DNA of 64,000 nt, from contig JBDRZU010000002.1 in assembly GCA_039804105.1 (NCBI GenBank), positions 32,001 through 96,000 of the forward strand. The letters are read 5' to 3'. Below the pieces are notes generated by a model. That model made no database searches. It was not told where the DNA came from and was given only the letters and a program-made list of their open reading frames with translations. Positions 1-9,881 of this stretch are shown here, piece by piece. This stretch comes from a candidate division WOR-3 bacterium. GTDB lineage: Bacteria; Hydrothermota; 32-111. A program made the position numbers and the translations under genes. How positions within the stretch are numbered: position 1 is the stretch's first letter; each line of letters starts with the position of its first letter.

Positions 1-725
1 AAATGTGAACATTTTACAACATAATCGTAAGCAGGATATATCAGATTTTCTTCAAGCAACCTATCAACTTCTTTTTCAGATCTCAAAAATTGATCCATTA
101 TGAAATCTGGATCCGATTTTTTGAAATTGAAAATACAGAACTCTTTCTCCTGTTCAAGCATAACATCTTTCCATGTCAACTCATCATTCCATTTCATATC
201 AAGAATCGAGTTTTTTTTCTGCACAAACATCGAGATTCTTTCTAGTCCATAAGTTATTTCAACAGGAATAACTTTCAACTGCAAAGATCCAACCTGTTGA
301 AAATATGTAAACTGAGTTATCTCCATTCCATCTAACCAAACCTCCCATCCAAGTCCTTTAGCTCCAAGAGTTGGAGATTCCCAATCATCTTCTACAAACC
401 TTATATCATGTTTTTTCAATTCGATTCCAATATATTCAAGACTTTTAACATAGATATCCATAACATTTTCTGGTGCAGGTTGCAGAATAACCTGATACTG
501 ATAGAACTGTTGAAATCTGTTCGGGTTTTCACCATACCTTCCATCTTTTGGTCTTTTGGAAATTTCAAGGTAGGCTACATTCCATCTATCATTATCAAGA
601 ACTTTTAAAAATGTCGCAGGGTTAAATGTTCCAGCTCCAACCTCACTGTTGTAAGGTTGGTATATCAATGCTCCATTTGAAGCCCAATATTGAGACAATT
701 TCAAAAAGATGTCCTGAAAATTCAT
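1..725 (-). CDS. glyQ: Glycine--tRNA ligase alpha subunit (3' part runs off window start)
   Basis: Not in ORF track because it is truncated. Manual translation from ATG at 725 (SD AAGGAG upstream): [40 protein letters not shown]...[23 protein letters not shown]...[33 protein letters not shown], the canonical GlyQ motifs. Confidence 0.97.
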   Translation of the reverse strand, partial: MNFQDIFLKLSQYWASNGALIYQPYNSEVGAGTFNPATFLKVLDNDRWNVAYLEISKRPKDGRYGENPNRFQQFYQYQVILQPAPENVMDIYVKSLEYIGIELKKHDIRFVEDDWESPTLGAKGLGWEVWLDGMEITQFTYFQQVGSLQLKVIPVEITYGLERISMFVQKKNSILDMKWNDELTWKDVMLEQEKEFCIFNFKKSDPDFIMDQFLRSEKEVDRLLEENLIYPAYDYVVKCSH

Positions 726-744
726 TTTTTCTCCTTCTTCAATA

Positions 745-820
745 TCGGAGCGACTGGATTTGAACCAGCGACCCCCAGCCCCCCATGCTGGTGCGCTAAA
801 CCGGGCTGCGCTACGCTCCG
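745..820 (-). tRNA. tRNA-Pro(GGG), CCA not encoded
   Basis: Reverse complement CGGAGCGTAGCGCAGCCCGGTTTAGCGCACCAGCATGGGGGGCTGGGGGTCGCTGGTTCAAATCCAGTCGCTCCGA folds into a cloverleaf with anticodon arm CCAGC-AT GGG GG-GCTGG. Confidence 0.96.
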
Positions 821-838
821 ATATTTTTTAAAAGTATT

Positions 839-866
839 ATTATATAATATAATTTCTAAAATTCAA
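839..866 (-). promoter_or_regulatory. sigma70-type promoter for tRNA-Pro/glyQ
   Basis: Minus strand TTGAAT (866-861), 16 nt, TATAAT (844-839), just upstream of the tRNA. Confidence 0.65.
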
Positions 867-889
867 TATATTTACAAGATAAAATTTAC

Positions 890-917
890 TTGAAAAGTAC
901 GATAAAGAAAATATAAT
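890..917 (+). promoter_or_regulatory. sigma70-type promoter for alkaline phosphatase/aldolase
   Basis: TTGAAA (890-895), 16 nt, TATAAT (912-917); SD AGGAG at 932-936. Confidence 0.65.
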
Positions 918-943
918 CTATCATAACTAACAGGAGATAAAAG

Positions 944-2143
944 ATGAAATCAAAAATATTTTATGGCCTTTTGTTTTTTATTATCACTTTTCATTTTATT
1001 TTTTCAGAAAATCTTATAGTTATAATAACCGATGGAATGACTTTTGACTGTTTGTCCATTATAAGGAAAATCTCTGAAAACCCTCAAAAAGAGATCTCTT
1101 TTGATAGATTCTCTCAGATCTTTTACTGTGAAACCACCGCTGATAAAACATATATCACTGACTCGGCAGCAGCTGGAACAGCAATATTTACAGGGACAAA
1201 AACTGAAAATGGGATCATAGGATTGAACAGTTACAAAATGGAGGTTGAAAATATCGTTGAATTCTGTGAAAAAAATTCTCTTCTTACAGGAATAATAACA
1301 AATACAAGAGTGACACATGCAACACCAGCTTCAACCTACGCTCACATAGATAACAGAAATAAGGAATATGAAATAGCATACCAGTTGAGTAGAAAAAATA
1401 TAGATATAGTGATCGGTGGAGGAATAAAATACTTTAAAAAGGAAAACAGACTCGATAAAATCGATCTTTTAAAAGAATTCCAAAAGAAGGGATATCTTGT
1501 GATAAAAGATAAAACTGGATTAAAAAATGTTCCAGATAAAAAGGTTATCGCCCTTTTTTCAGATTCACATCTTGATTATGAAATTCAAAAGGATACTACA
1601 GAGCAACCAACACTAACAGAGATGGTTGAGTATGGGTTGAAATATCTTGAAGAGAAATCAAAAAGAGCTAAAACAGATTTCTTTCTTATGATAGAATCAG
1701 GAAGAATCGATCATGCCTCCCATTATACACTTTTTAGTGAACTCTATTTTGAACTTCTTGAAACTGAAAAGATGATAAAAACCGTTTTAGATTTCGCTTC
1801 AAAAACAAACACTACTGTATTACTTGTTTCTGACCATTCAACAGCAAACCCTGTTTTTGTTGGAACATTTACAGATTCTATACTCAATACAATGGATTCA
1901 TATTTTGTTAACAATTTTGACACTTCAACAAAAGAAAATTTAGTAAAATCACTCGATAGTTTTAAAGTAAAATTCACAGACATCTCTGAACTCCCTGGAG
2001 AAAAAGAGGAAAGTTCATACAGAGGTGATCATACAGGTAGTGATGTTCTCGGTTTTTTCTATTCCAAAAATTTCAAACTTGAAAAAATATTTTACCGAAA
2101 CGATCAGCTCTTTGATCTGATGAAAAAAATCTTAAAGGATTAA
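944..2143 (+). CDS. Alkaline phosphatase (PhoA family), exported
   Basis: Hydrophobic N-terminal signal; metal and active-site motifs ITDGM, TDSAAAGTA (catalytic Ser), THATPAS, ESGRIDHASH, SDH, DHTG. Confidence 0.9.
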   Translation: MKSKIFYGLLFFIITFHFIFSENLIVIITDGMTFDCLSIIRKISENPQKEISFDRFSQIFYCETTADKTYITDSAAAGTAIFTGTKTENGIIGLNSYKMEVENIVEFCEKNSLLTGIITNTRVTHATPASTYAHIDNRNKEYEIAYQLSRKNIDIVIGGGIKYFKKENRLDKIDLLKEFQKKGYLVIKDKTGLKNVPDKKVIALFSDSHLDYEIQKDTTEQPTLTEMVEYGLKYLEEKSKRAKTDFFLMIESGRIDHASHYTLFSELYFELLETEKMIKTVLDFASKTNTTVLLVSDHSTANPVFVGTFTDSILNTMDSYFVNNFDTSTKENLVKSLDSFKVKFTDISELPGEKEESSYRGDHTGSDVLGFFYSKNFKLEKIFYRNDQLFDLMKKILKD

Positions 2144-2145
2144 AT

Positions 2146-2835
2146 ATGGAAAATATATTATCCTGCTTAAAAATTGTAAGTGAAAATATTTTTGTAAGGG
2201 ATCTCTCAGAAGGTGGATCAGGTAACATTTCAGTTTTCCTACATGGTACAAAGAAGAAAAAAATTTTAGGTGAATTCGAACTACCAGAAAAATTAAACAA
2301 TCTGAAAGATAAAAGTTTTATGATAACATCTACCGGAAGTAGATTTTACATGATAAAAGATGATCCCGAACAATTCATTTCTTTTTTTTCAATAGATAAA
2401 AATGGTAAAAAAATCTTACTTTTGAACGATAAAAAACCTTCTTCAGAAATTTTGACTCATCTTTTCATTTACGATTCTCTGTTTAAAAACGGACAGAAGA
2501 TAAACTGTATCTTACATGTTCATTCAAAATACGCATTGGTATTAGCATCGTTTTTCTCCAAAAATTCTTTCAACAATTCAATGGGAAAAACTCATACAGA
2601 GTTTGAAATAATCTTCAAAAGAAAAGTTGAAATAGTCGAAAGGATCAAACCAGGATCTTTAAAACTGGCAAAAGAGTTAGCAAAAAAATCTTTAGATTCT
2701 GATACTTTAATTTTAAAAGATCATGGGATTTTTTCTTATGGTAACAACTTGTTTGAAACCTATGATCGGATTGAAGTTCTTGAATCCATATCAAAAATAT
2801 ATGTTTTAAAAGAACTTTTCAGGAAAACCTTTTAA
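2146..2835 (+). CDS. Class II aldolase/adducin family protein (RhaD/FucA-like)
   Basis: EGGSGNIS, KPSSEILTH, HVHS and DHG zinc-binding motifs. Confidence 0.82.
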   Translation: MENILSCLKIVSENIFVRDLSEGGSGNISVFLHGTKKKKILGEFELPEKLNNLKDKSFMITSTGSRFYMIKDDPEQFISFFSIDKNGKKILLLNDKKPSSEILTHLFIYDSLFKNGQKINCILHVHSKYALVLASFFSKNSFNNSMGKTHTEFEIIFKRKVEIVERIKPGSLKLAKELAKKSLDSDTLILKDHGIFSYGNNLFETYDRIEVLESISKIYVLKELFRKTF

Positions 2836-4108
2836 ATATTTCATCAACATATTTAAGATAAAATTTTTTATCAAAAAGTTTATCAAGTTCCGAAGAAGAA
2901 CTGTATTTTAATATATTCTTATCATTTTTTATAAGTTCTTTAAAATCTTTTCCCTTCTCCCAAGATTCCATAGCGTTCTTTTGAACCAAAGCATATGCCT
3001 CTTCACGTTTGAGTCCTTTTTCGATAAGGAAAAGCAAAACTCTCTGTGAAAAAATGAGGTTGTTCGAGACAAGAAAATTCCTTTCAATATTTTTCTCATA
3101 GATTTTCATGTTCGTGACTATATATGACATTTTGTCAAGCATATAATCAATAAGTATCGAAGCATCGGGTAATATTATCCTCTCAACAGAGGAGTGGCTT
3201 ATATCCCTTTCATCCCATAATGCTATGTTTTCAAGTGAAGACACAAGGTAACCCCTTAATACTCTTGATAAACCACACATCTGTTCGCATAGAACAGGGT
3301 TTCTCTTATGGGGCATCGCTGAGGAACCCTTTTGCCCTTCAGAAAAAGGTTCTTCAACTTCCCTAGTTTCTGTTCTTTGGAGCAATCGTATCTGTAAAGC
3401 CAATTTTTCTATTATAGCACCTATCCTTGTGAGTATAAAAAGATAATCAGAATAAACATCTCTTGAAACTATCTGTGATGAGATTCTTGAAAGATTCAAA
3501 GATAGTTTTTTTAAAGCTATCCGTTCTATCTCGGGAGGAATGTTCGCATAGTTACCAACCGCTCCTGAAATTTTCCCTCTCTGAATATTTTTTTTAAAAA
3601 ATTTTATCATATCAATTATTCTATCGAGATCATCAACGATGATCAGAAATTTTAAGCCAAGAGATGTTGTTTCAGCATGAACACCATGTGTCCTTCCGAC
3701 GATCGGAACATTCTTTGTTTCAACAGCTTTTTTAAAAACGGTTTCTCTCAAATGTAAAACCTCTTTTTCGATCTGATTTAATGATTCGCGTAAAATCAAA
3801 GCGTTTGCAGTATCAAGCATATCTGAACTCGTCATCCCCATATGTATGTATTTTGCATTCTCACCAACATTTTCTCCAACCGCTGTTAAAAAAGCTATCA
3901 CATCATGTTTTACGGTTTTCTCTATCTCTTCGATTCTTTTGATATCAAATTTTGCTTTCTTTTTTATATCGTCGTATATCTCTTCACTTAGGATGTTACA
4001 TTTCATATAAGCGTAAAGAACAGCAAGTTCGACCTCAAGATATTTGTTATACCGGTTTTCATCAGACCAGATAAAAGACATTTTTTCTCTTGAATATCTT
4101 TTTATCAT
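2819..4108 (-). CDS. purB: Adenylosuccinate lyase
   Basis: MIKRYSREKM start (ATG 4108 after AAGGGAG), HDVIAF, GRTHGVHA, GSSAMPHKRNP fumarate-lyase signature, ERDISHSSVER. Confidence 0.97.
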   Translation of the reverse strand: MIKRYSREKMSFIWSDENRYNKYLEVELAVLYAYMKCNILSEEIYDDIKKKAKFDIKRIEEIEKTVKHDVIAFLTAVGENVGENAKYIHMGMTSSDMLDTANALILRESLNQIEKEVLHLRETVFKKAVETKNVPIVGRTHGVHAETTSLGLKFLIIVDDLDRIIDMIKFFKKNIQRGKISGAVGNYANIPPEIERIALKKLSLNLSRISSQIVSRDVYSDYLFILTRIGAIIEKLALQIRLLQRTETREVEEPFSEGQKGSSAMPHKRNPVLCEQMCGLSRVLRGYLVSSLENIALWDERDISHSSVERIILPDASILIDYMLDKMSYIVTNMKIYEKNIERNFLVSNNLIFSQRVLLFLIEKGLKREEAYALVQKNAMESWEKGKDFKELIKNDKNILKYSSSSELDKLFDKKFYLKYVDEIFKRFS

Positions 4109-4109
4109 T

Positions 4110-4712
4110 CTATCTCCCTTCAAAAGAGTTTTTCCAAAGATTTTCAAAATAACCTATAAAATCAAGTGCGATCTCTTCACCTTCAAGTAAAGCATTTGCT
4201 TCATTATTTGAATTTACAGCACTGATCGTCCAATTCGTTGAACCAACCATAACATACAGAGAATCTATTATAAATAGTTTACAATGGGTTGTTACAGTTA
4301 AAGGATCGTATCTGACATCAATACCATACGATTTGAGGTAGTCACCAACTTGATGGTTAGAGTTTGTAACATCAGTGTTCCAATCCGACTGTTCCAGCAA
4401 AACCTTTACAGTAATCCCCCTTTCATGCGCAACGATAAGTTTATCAAGAAGTTTTGTGACCTCATTTTCATAATCATAACTGTTTATATTGTATATCACA
4501 CAGAATATACTTTTTTTCGAGTTTTCAAAAAGTGAATACATCAAAGGGAAATAATCTCTGTTACATACAACCTTCGCTCTGGTTGGTATCATACTCAAAC
4601 TATCGGGGTTCTGGTCCTGTTCATGATCAACTGCAGCAGGTTGACAACCTGTAAATACCCAAATAGAAACAAGAACGAAAACAAAAATGAATTCAGTTTT
4701 TACTTTTTTCAT
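4110..4712 (-). CDS. Phospholipase D/Nuc-like lipoprotein (single HKD motif)
   Basis: Hydrophobic N-terminus with lipobox-like [12 protein letters not shown]...GSTNWT...NNE matches HxK(x4)D(x6)GSxN. Confidence 0.8.
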   Translation of the reverse strand: MKKVKTEFIFVFVLVSIWVFTGCQPAAVDHEQDQNPDSLSMIPTRAKVVCNRDYFPLMYSLFENSKKSIFCVIYNINSYDYENEVTKLLDKLIVAHERGITVKVLLEQSDWNTDVTNSNHQVGDYLKSYGIDVRYDPLTVTTHCKLFIIDSLYVMVGSTNWTISAVNSNNEANALLEGEEIALDFIGYFENLWKNSFEGR

Positions 4713-5349
4713 AATCTTCTAAAAACCTCTTAACTCCAAGATCTGTTAAAGGATGTTTTACAAGTTGTGTGAACACATTGTAAGGTATCGTTGCGATATC
4801 AGCACCTATCTCAAGGGATTTCAAAATGTGTACGGGATTTCTGACCGAAGCAACGATCACTTTTGTTTGAAAATTATAATTTCTAAATATTTTCATGATA
4901 CTCTCTATTATTTTAATTCCTTCATCCGATATATCATCTATTCTACCAATGAATGGTGAAACATAGGTCGCTCCGGATTTAGCAGCAAGAACCGCTTGAA
5001 CAGGCGTAAAAACAAGTGTAACATTTGTTTCTATACCAAGTTCTTTTAAAGTTTTTACAGCCTTCAATCCATTTTCAGTCATCGGTATTTTTACGACAAT
5101 ATTTTTCGAAATCGAAGAGAGTTTTTTCGCTTCTTTAACCATCCCTTCGTATTCAAGAGAGTTGACTTCAGCGGAAATTGGACCAGATACAACCGATGCT
5201 ATCTCTTTTATTATATCTTCAAAATTTTTACCTGTTCTCTCCTTTTCCTTCAATATAAGTGTTGGATTGGTTGTAACTCCATCAACTATACCTTTTTTTA
5301 CAAGATCTTTGATCTCATCTATATTGGCACTATCTATAAAAAATTTCAT
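4693..5349 (-). CDS. fsa: Transaldolase / fructose-6-phosphate aldolase (short TalC/Fsa type)
   Basis: [22 protein letters not shown] (Schiff-base Lys), [23 protein letters not shown]. Confidence 0.93.
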   Translation of the reverse strand: MKFFIDSANIDEIKDLVKKGIVDGVTTNPTLILKEKERTGKNFEDIIKEIASVVSGPISAEVNSLEYEGMVKEAKKLSSISKNIVVKIPMTENGLKAVKTLKELGIETNVTLVFTPVQAVLAAKSGATYVSPFIGRIDDISDEGIKIIESIMKIFRNYNFQTKVIVASVRNPVHILKSLEIGADIATIPYNVFTQLVKHPLTDLGVKRFLEDYEKSKN

Positions 5350-5358
5350 AAAACCTCC

Positions 5359-6084
5359 TTAATAAACTGCTTTATAAAATATCAAACCTTCTGGTGGAGC
5401 GAGTTTCCCTGCATATTTTACATCTTTAATTTTTAAAAGTTCAGATGGTTTCATTTTTATTTTACCTCTTCCATATCCTATCGCAGTTCCAACTATAAAT
5501 CTTACCATATTGTGCAAAAATCTGTCTGCACCAAAAGTGAACACGATCTCTTTACCTCTTATTTTGAGATCACTAATTTTTAGATCAACACAATTGTTTT
5601 CCAGCAGTGATTTTTTTCTACAGAATGAAGAAAAATCATGTTTTCCCTTTATCGATAAAATAAATTCCCTCATCTTTTCATTATTGAGAATATAATCAAC
5701 TTGCCAATGGAAAGGTCTTTTCAATGGGCTATTTCCATTGTATACAAAATACTTGTAAACTCTCATTTTACAAGAAAATCTCGCAGAAAAATCATCGTTA
5801 ACTTTTTTAATCGAGTGGAAAAAAATTCTCTTATCAACTATAGAGTTCAGCCCATGTAAAAATTTTTTTCGATCATCAATCTGTTTTTGAGTTTTAAAAG
5901 AGAAAGGATACCTGAAAGCTGAAACTCCTGCATCGGTTCTTCCAGCACCAACGATTCTGATCCTCTCACCCAAAATTTTACAAAGAGCTTCCTCTATTTT
6001 ATCCTGAACAGTATTTTTTGAAGGTTGACTCTGCCATCCTTCAAAACCTCTTCCATCAAATTCACAAATTATTAGGTAATTCAC
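5359..6084 (-). CDS. truA: tRNA pseudouridine(38-40) synthase
   Basis: FDGRGFEGWQSQP, GAGRTDAGVSA, HDFSSF, FLHNMVR, LAPPEGL. Confidence 0.96.
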   Translation of the reverse strand: MNYLIICEFDGRGFEGWQSQPSKNTVQDKIEEALCKILGERIRIVGAGRTDAGVSAFRYPFSFKTQKQIDDRKKFLHGLNSIVDKRIFFHSIKKVNDDFSARFSCKMRVYKYFVYNGNSPLKRPFHWQVDYILNNEKMREFILSIKGKHDFSSFCRKKSLLENNCVDLKISDLKIRGKEIVFTFGADRFLHNMVRFIVGTAIGYGRGKIKMKPSELLKIKDVKYAGKLAPPEGLIFYKAVY

Positions 6085-8534
6085 TTTTTGACTATGAGAT
6101 TTATCAACCTGTTAGGGACATAAATATGTTTTTCAAGATGTCCATCCTGAAGGTATTTTTGAACAGTTGGATTTGATAGTGCTTCTTTTAAAACTTCCTC
6201 AGAACTGGAATCTTTTTCTATTTCAATTCTATCTCGAACTTTACCATTTACTTGAATCACAACGGTTACCTTTTCATCTTCAAGATTACTTTTATCAAAC
6301 TCAGGCCATTGTGTAAGGAATATGGAATCTTTTTCGTTGAAACCCTGATATATCTCCTCAGATAGATGTGGTATAAACGGAGAGATTATCTGAGTATATT
6401 TGTAGATTACAAAGTTAAGAAATTCAAAAGAAAGATTCTGTTCCTCTTTGTACAGAAGATTCAAAAGTTCCATCAGAGAAGCGATAGCAGTATTATGGTT
6501 GAAACTTTCAATATCCTCTCCAACCTGTTTAATCGTTCTATTCAATTTTACATAAACTTTTTTTTCTATTTCATTTTTAGGGACATATTCCTTTATTAGA
6601 ATTTTGTTATACTTTGAGGCGAACTTATCAAATCTATCTAAAAATCTCGAGATCCCAGTTATTCCATCTTCAGACCATAAAGCATCTTTACTTGCAGGAC
6701 CTATGAAAAGTTCTGTTCCCCTTGCAAGGTCTGAACCATATTTGTCAACAAATGGTCCAACAGGAACAGCATTCCCTGCGGACTTTGACATAACTTTTCC
6801 ATTTTTATCCATTATCATGCCCTGATTGAATAAGGCCATAGCAGGTTCTTCGAAAGAAAGATAACCGAGATCTTTCAAAACTTTAGTAATGAATCTAAAA
6901 TAAATAAGATGTCCATTTGCATGTTCAGCACCACCGATATACATATCAACTGGCAAAAATTTATCAACCAATTCTTTTTCAAATATTTTTTTATCGTTCT
7001 TTGGGTCCGCATACCTTAACTGGTACCAGGAAGAATCAACAAATGTATCCATCGTATCAGGATCCCTTAAAGCATCCTTTCCACATTTTGGACATTTCAC
7101 ATTCATAAACCCTTTATGACTCCCAAGAGGAGATTCCCCTTTTGGAGTAAAATCAACCTCTGAAGAGTCGGGCAGTAAAACTGGAAGATCTTTTTCAGGT
7201 ACAGGTACTATTCCACATTCTTTGCAATGTATCATTGGAATAGGCGCTCCCCAATATCGCTGTCTTGAAATGAGCCAATCTCTCAATCTATAGTTAACAC
7301 TTCTTTTCCCAAAACCTTTCTGTTCTATAAAATCTGTTACTTTCTCTTTCATAACAGAAGAATCCATATTTGAGAACTCTCCTGAATTTATAGTTATACC
7401 TTCATCAACAAAAGCCCCATTTGAAAAATCCCAGGAAGAATCTTTAGGCCTGATCACTTGAACTATTTCTATTCCATATTTTTTGGCGAACTCAAAATCC
7501 CTCTGATCATGAGCGGGAACTCCCATCACCGCACCTGTCCCATAACCTGAAAGCACATAATCACAAACAAAAAGTTTTACCTCTCTATTGTTTAAAGGAT
7601 TGATACAGTTATAACCTGTATAAACTCCATCCTTTTCCTTTTCTGTAGAACTCCTTTCGATTTCACTCTTTTTTATCGATTGTTCAATATACCTTTCAAT
7701 TTCTTCTTTTTTTTCAGAATCAAATTCAAGTTCTTTCAAAATCTCGTTTTCAGGAGCAACCGCAAGAAATGTTACTCCAAAGATCGTATCCGGTCTTGTT
7801 GTGAAAACTTTAACACTTTTATCAGTGTTTTTTATCTTAAATTCTATAGTTACTCCCTCAGATCTACCAATCCAATTTCTTTGCATTGTTTTTATATTCT
7901 CTGGCCAACCCTTTAAAAGTTCCAACCCATCGAGTAATCTTTGAGCATACGATGTTATTTTAAAATACCACTGCTCAAGTTCCTTTTTCGTTATCTCGCT
8001 TCCACATCTCCAACATTTATTCTGTTCAACCTGTTCGTTTGCAAGAACAGTCTGACATGATGGACACCAGTTGACATAAGATCTTTTCCTATACGCCAAA
8101 CCATTCTCATAAAGTTTTATGAATATCCATTGTGTCCATTTGTAATAATCCTCTCTGCATGTTATAACTTCTCTGTCCCAATCATATAAAAGCCCCATTT
8201 TTTTTAAAGTCGAAGAGGAAACAGCTATATTGTTATAAGTCCATTTATCAGGAGCCACACCTCTTTTGATTGCTGCACCTTCAGCTGGTAATCCAAAAGC
8301 ATCCCATCCAACAGGATGTAAAACATCAAATCCGTTCATTATTTTGTATCTGTAAAGAACATCACCTATAACATAGTTTCTTAAATGACCCATATGAAGG
8401 TCACCCGAAGGATAAGCAAACATTTCAAGTAGATAATATTTCTTTTTCCCTGGATCATTTTTGAACTTTTCGAGTGTAAGTTCTTTCCACCTTCTATTCC
8501 ACTTTTCTTGTATAGATTTTAAATCTCTCTCCAT
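6081..8534 (-). CDS. leuS: Leucine--tRNA ligase
   Basis: MFAYPSGDLHMGH (HIGH), GWDAFGLPAE, FTTRPDT editing domain, DWLISRQRYWG, VMSKS (KMSKS), QVNGKVR. Confidence 0.98.
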   Translation of the reverse strand: MERDLKSIQEKWNRRWKELTLEKFKNDPGKKKYYLLEMFAYPSGDLHMGHLRNYVIGDVLYRYKIMNGFDVLHPVGWDAFGLPAEGAAIKRGVAPDKWTYNNIAVSSSTLKKMGLLYDWDREVITCREDYYKWTQWIFIKLYENGLAYRKRSYVNWCPSCQTVLANEQVEQNKCWRCGSEITKKELEQWYFKITSYAQRLLDGLELLKGWPENIKTMQRNWIGRSEGVTIEFKIKNTDKSVKVFTTRPDTIFGVTFLAVAPENEILKELEFDSEKKEEIERYIEQSIKKSEIERSSTEKEKDGVYTGYNCINPLNNREVKLFVCDYVLSGYGTGAVMGVPAHDQRDFEFAKKYGIEIVQVIRPKDSSWDFSNGAFVDEGITINSGEFSNMDSSVMKEKVTDFIEQKGFGKRSVNYRLRDWLISRQRYWGAPIPMIHCKECGIVPVPEKDLPVLLPDSSEVDFTPKGESPLGSHKGFMNVKCPKCGKDALRDPDTMDTFVDSSWYQLRYADPKNDKKIFEKELVDKFLPVDMYIGGAEHANGHLIYFRFITKVLKDLGYLSFEEPAMALFNQGMIMDKNGKVMSKSAGNAVPVGPFVDKYGSDLARGTELFIGPASKDALWSEDGITGISRFLDRFDKFASKYNKILIKEYVPKNEIEKKVYVKLNRTIKQVGEDIESFNHNTAIASLMELLNLLYKEEQNLSFEFLNFVIYKYTQIISPFIPHLSEEIYQGFNEKDSIFLTQWPEFDKSNLEDEKVTVVIQVNGKVRDRIEIEKDSSSEEVLKEALSNPTVQKYLQDGHLEKHIYVPNRLINLIVKK

Positions 8535-8535
8535 A

Positions 8536-9819
8536 TTAACCGTTCCCCATCTCTTTTAGTTTCTTTTCGAGCATTTCTATCCTTCCTGTAAGTTCAAGTT
8601 CTTTCTTTCTCTTAAGTTCAAGACGCTGGGATAGTGCTATCTCTTCCTTTCTTTTTGCAACTATTCTCTGTGTTATTTCAAATTCCTCTTTTCTCTTCTT
8701 TTCAAGATCTATGTTGCTTAAACCTTCACCTGCTGGAACGCCCTGTGGCATCTGTGATGCCTGAAGTTTCAACTGGTTAATCCTTTCTATTAGTTTTTGT
8801 TCCTCATTTCTTTTAACTTCAATATCATTCATTATCTGTTGTAACTGGATCTTGAAGGTGTCTATCTGGTTTTTCAACATTTTCAATTCTTGATCGGACG
8901 ACTGACTTTCCTTTACCTTATCCAGCTCTTCTTTAAGATTCTTCTGCTTTTCAATGAGTTCATTCAACTTGTTTTCATAGAATTCTATTTGTCTTCTCTT
9001 TTCGTTTATCTCCTGTTCACTCTCTTTTATGATCCTATCAACCTCATCATATTTTGACCCAGTTTCTTTAATCTTTTTTTCTAGTTCAGCGATTTTCTGT
9101 TCTTTACTCTTTATCTCATTCTGTTTTGATGCTAAAGTTTTTTGAAGTTCCTCTTCCTGTTTTCTCAGTTCATCGATTTTCGCTGATCTTAAATTAACGA
9201 AATCTCCACCGGAGGATAATTTTGAAGATATAACGATTGCAAAGATAACAGAGAGAATAAGTCCTATCAAAACATTCAAAACAACAGCAATGACTGGAGA
9301 TTGTTTTTTATCTCCACTCTTATCTTCAAAAACTACCTTTTTGATTCCTATATGAACCTCACCTCTTTTTTTATCTCCAGTTTTAATCGCTAAAGCAATA
9401 TCTGAAATATTTTGATCAACATCCTGCACCAACCTGTTTTCACTTTTTAAAAGTTTGATATTCTGGTAGTTAAAAGGTTTCAAAACATTCGTTGGTTGTT
9501 TTGAATCACCGAAAACGATTCCATCAGTGTTAACAACTATTACATAATCTATAAGACCATTCGAATTTTTTACAGTGTTCATCGCAACATCCATTATGGG
9601 TGCTTCATCCTCATCAAGAAGTGGTTCAAGAACCGCCCCTGTTATAACTGATGCTATATTGAATGCCATTTCTGTTCTCTCGTTTTGAAGGAGTTCTTTA
9701 GTGCTCACTTTTTCTCCACCTGATTTTGCTGGAGCAAAGATAAAAACGATCACAGCATTTATACAAAGTATTATAAAAATAGAAATTATCAACAAAGTGA
9801 TAAAAGTTGATTTCTTCAT
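8536..9819 (-). CDS. Hypothetical membrane protein: two TM helices flanking an extracytoplasmic domain, followed by a long coiled coil
   Basis: 427-aa ORF with SD AAGGAG; hydrophobic stretches at about aa 5-29 and 176-197; E/K/Q/L heptad-rich C-terminal half. Confidence 0.75.
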   Translation of the reverse strand: MKKSTFITLLIISIFIILCINAVIVFIFAPAKSGGEKVSTKELLQNERTEMAFNIASVITGAVLEPLLDEDEAPIMDVAMNTVKNSNGLIDYVIVVNTDGIVFGDSKQPTNVLKPFNYQNIKLLKSENRLVQDVDQNISDIALAIKTGDKKRGEVHIGIKKVVFEDKSGDKKQSPVIAVVLNVLIGLILSVIFAIVISSKLSSGGDFVNLRSAKIDELRKQEEELQKTLASKQNEIKSKEQKIAELEKKIKETGSKYDEVDRIIKESEQEINEKRRQIEFYENKLNELIEKQKNLKEELDKVKESQSSDQELKMLKNQIDTFKIQLQQIMNDIEVKRNEEQKLIERINQLKLQASQMPQGVPAGEGLSNIDLEKKRKEEFEITQRIVAKRKEEIALSQRLELKRKKELELTGRIEMLEKKLKEMGNG

Positions 9820-9847
9820 AAAAACTCCTTATTTATCGTATTTTTTT

Positions 9848-9876
9848 AATATATTAAAATATTGTTTAAATGTCAA
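9848..9876 (-). promoter_or_regulatory. sigma70-type promoter upstream of the membrane protein-leuS operon
   Basis: Minus strand TTGACA (9876-9871), 17 nt, TATATT (9853-9848). Confidence 0.5.
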
Positions 9877-9881
9877 TAGTG

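Noticed and set aside
775..791. Run of G residues in the tRNA-Pro(GGG) anticodon loop as a frameshift-suppressor tRNA
   Set aside because: The loop is the normal 7 nt (AU GGG GG), and G37-G38 is common in tRNA-Pro(GGG).
408..893. ORF-track ORFs 408-608 and 690-893 on the plus strand
   Set aside because: They are antisense to glyQ and tRNA-Pro; GATGFEPAT is the typical translation of a reverse-complemented tRNA.
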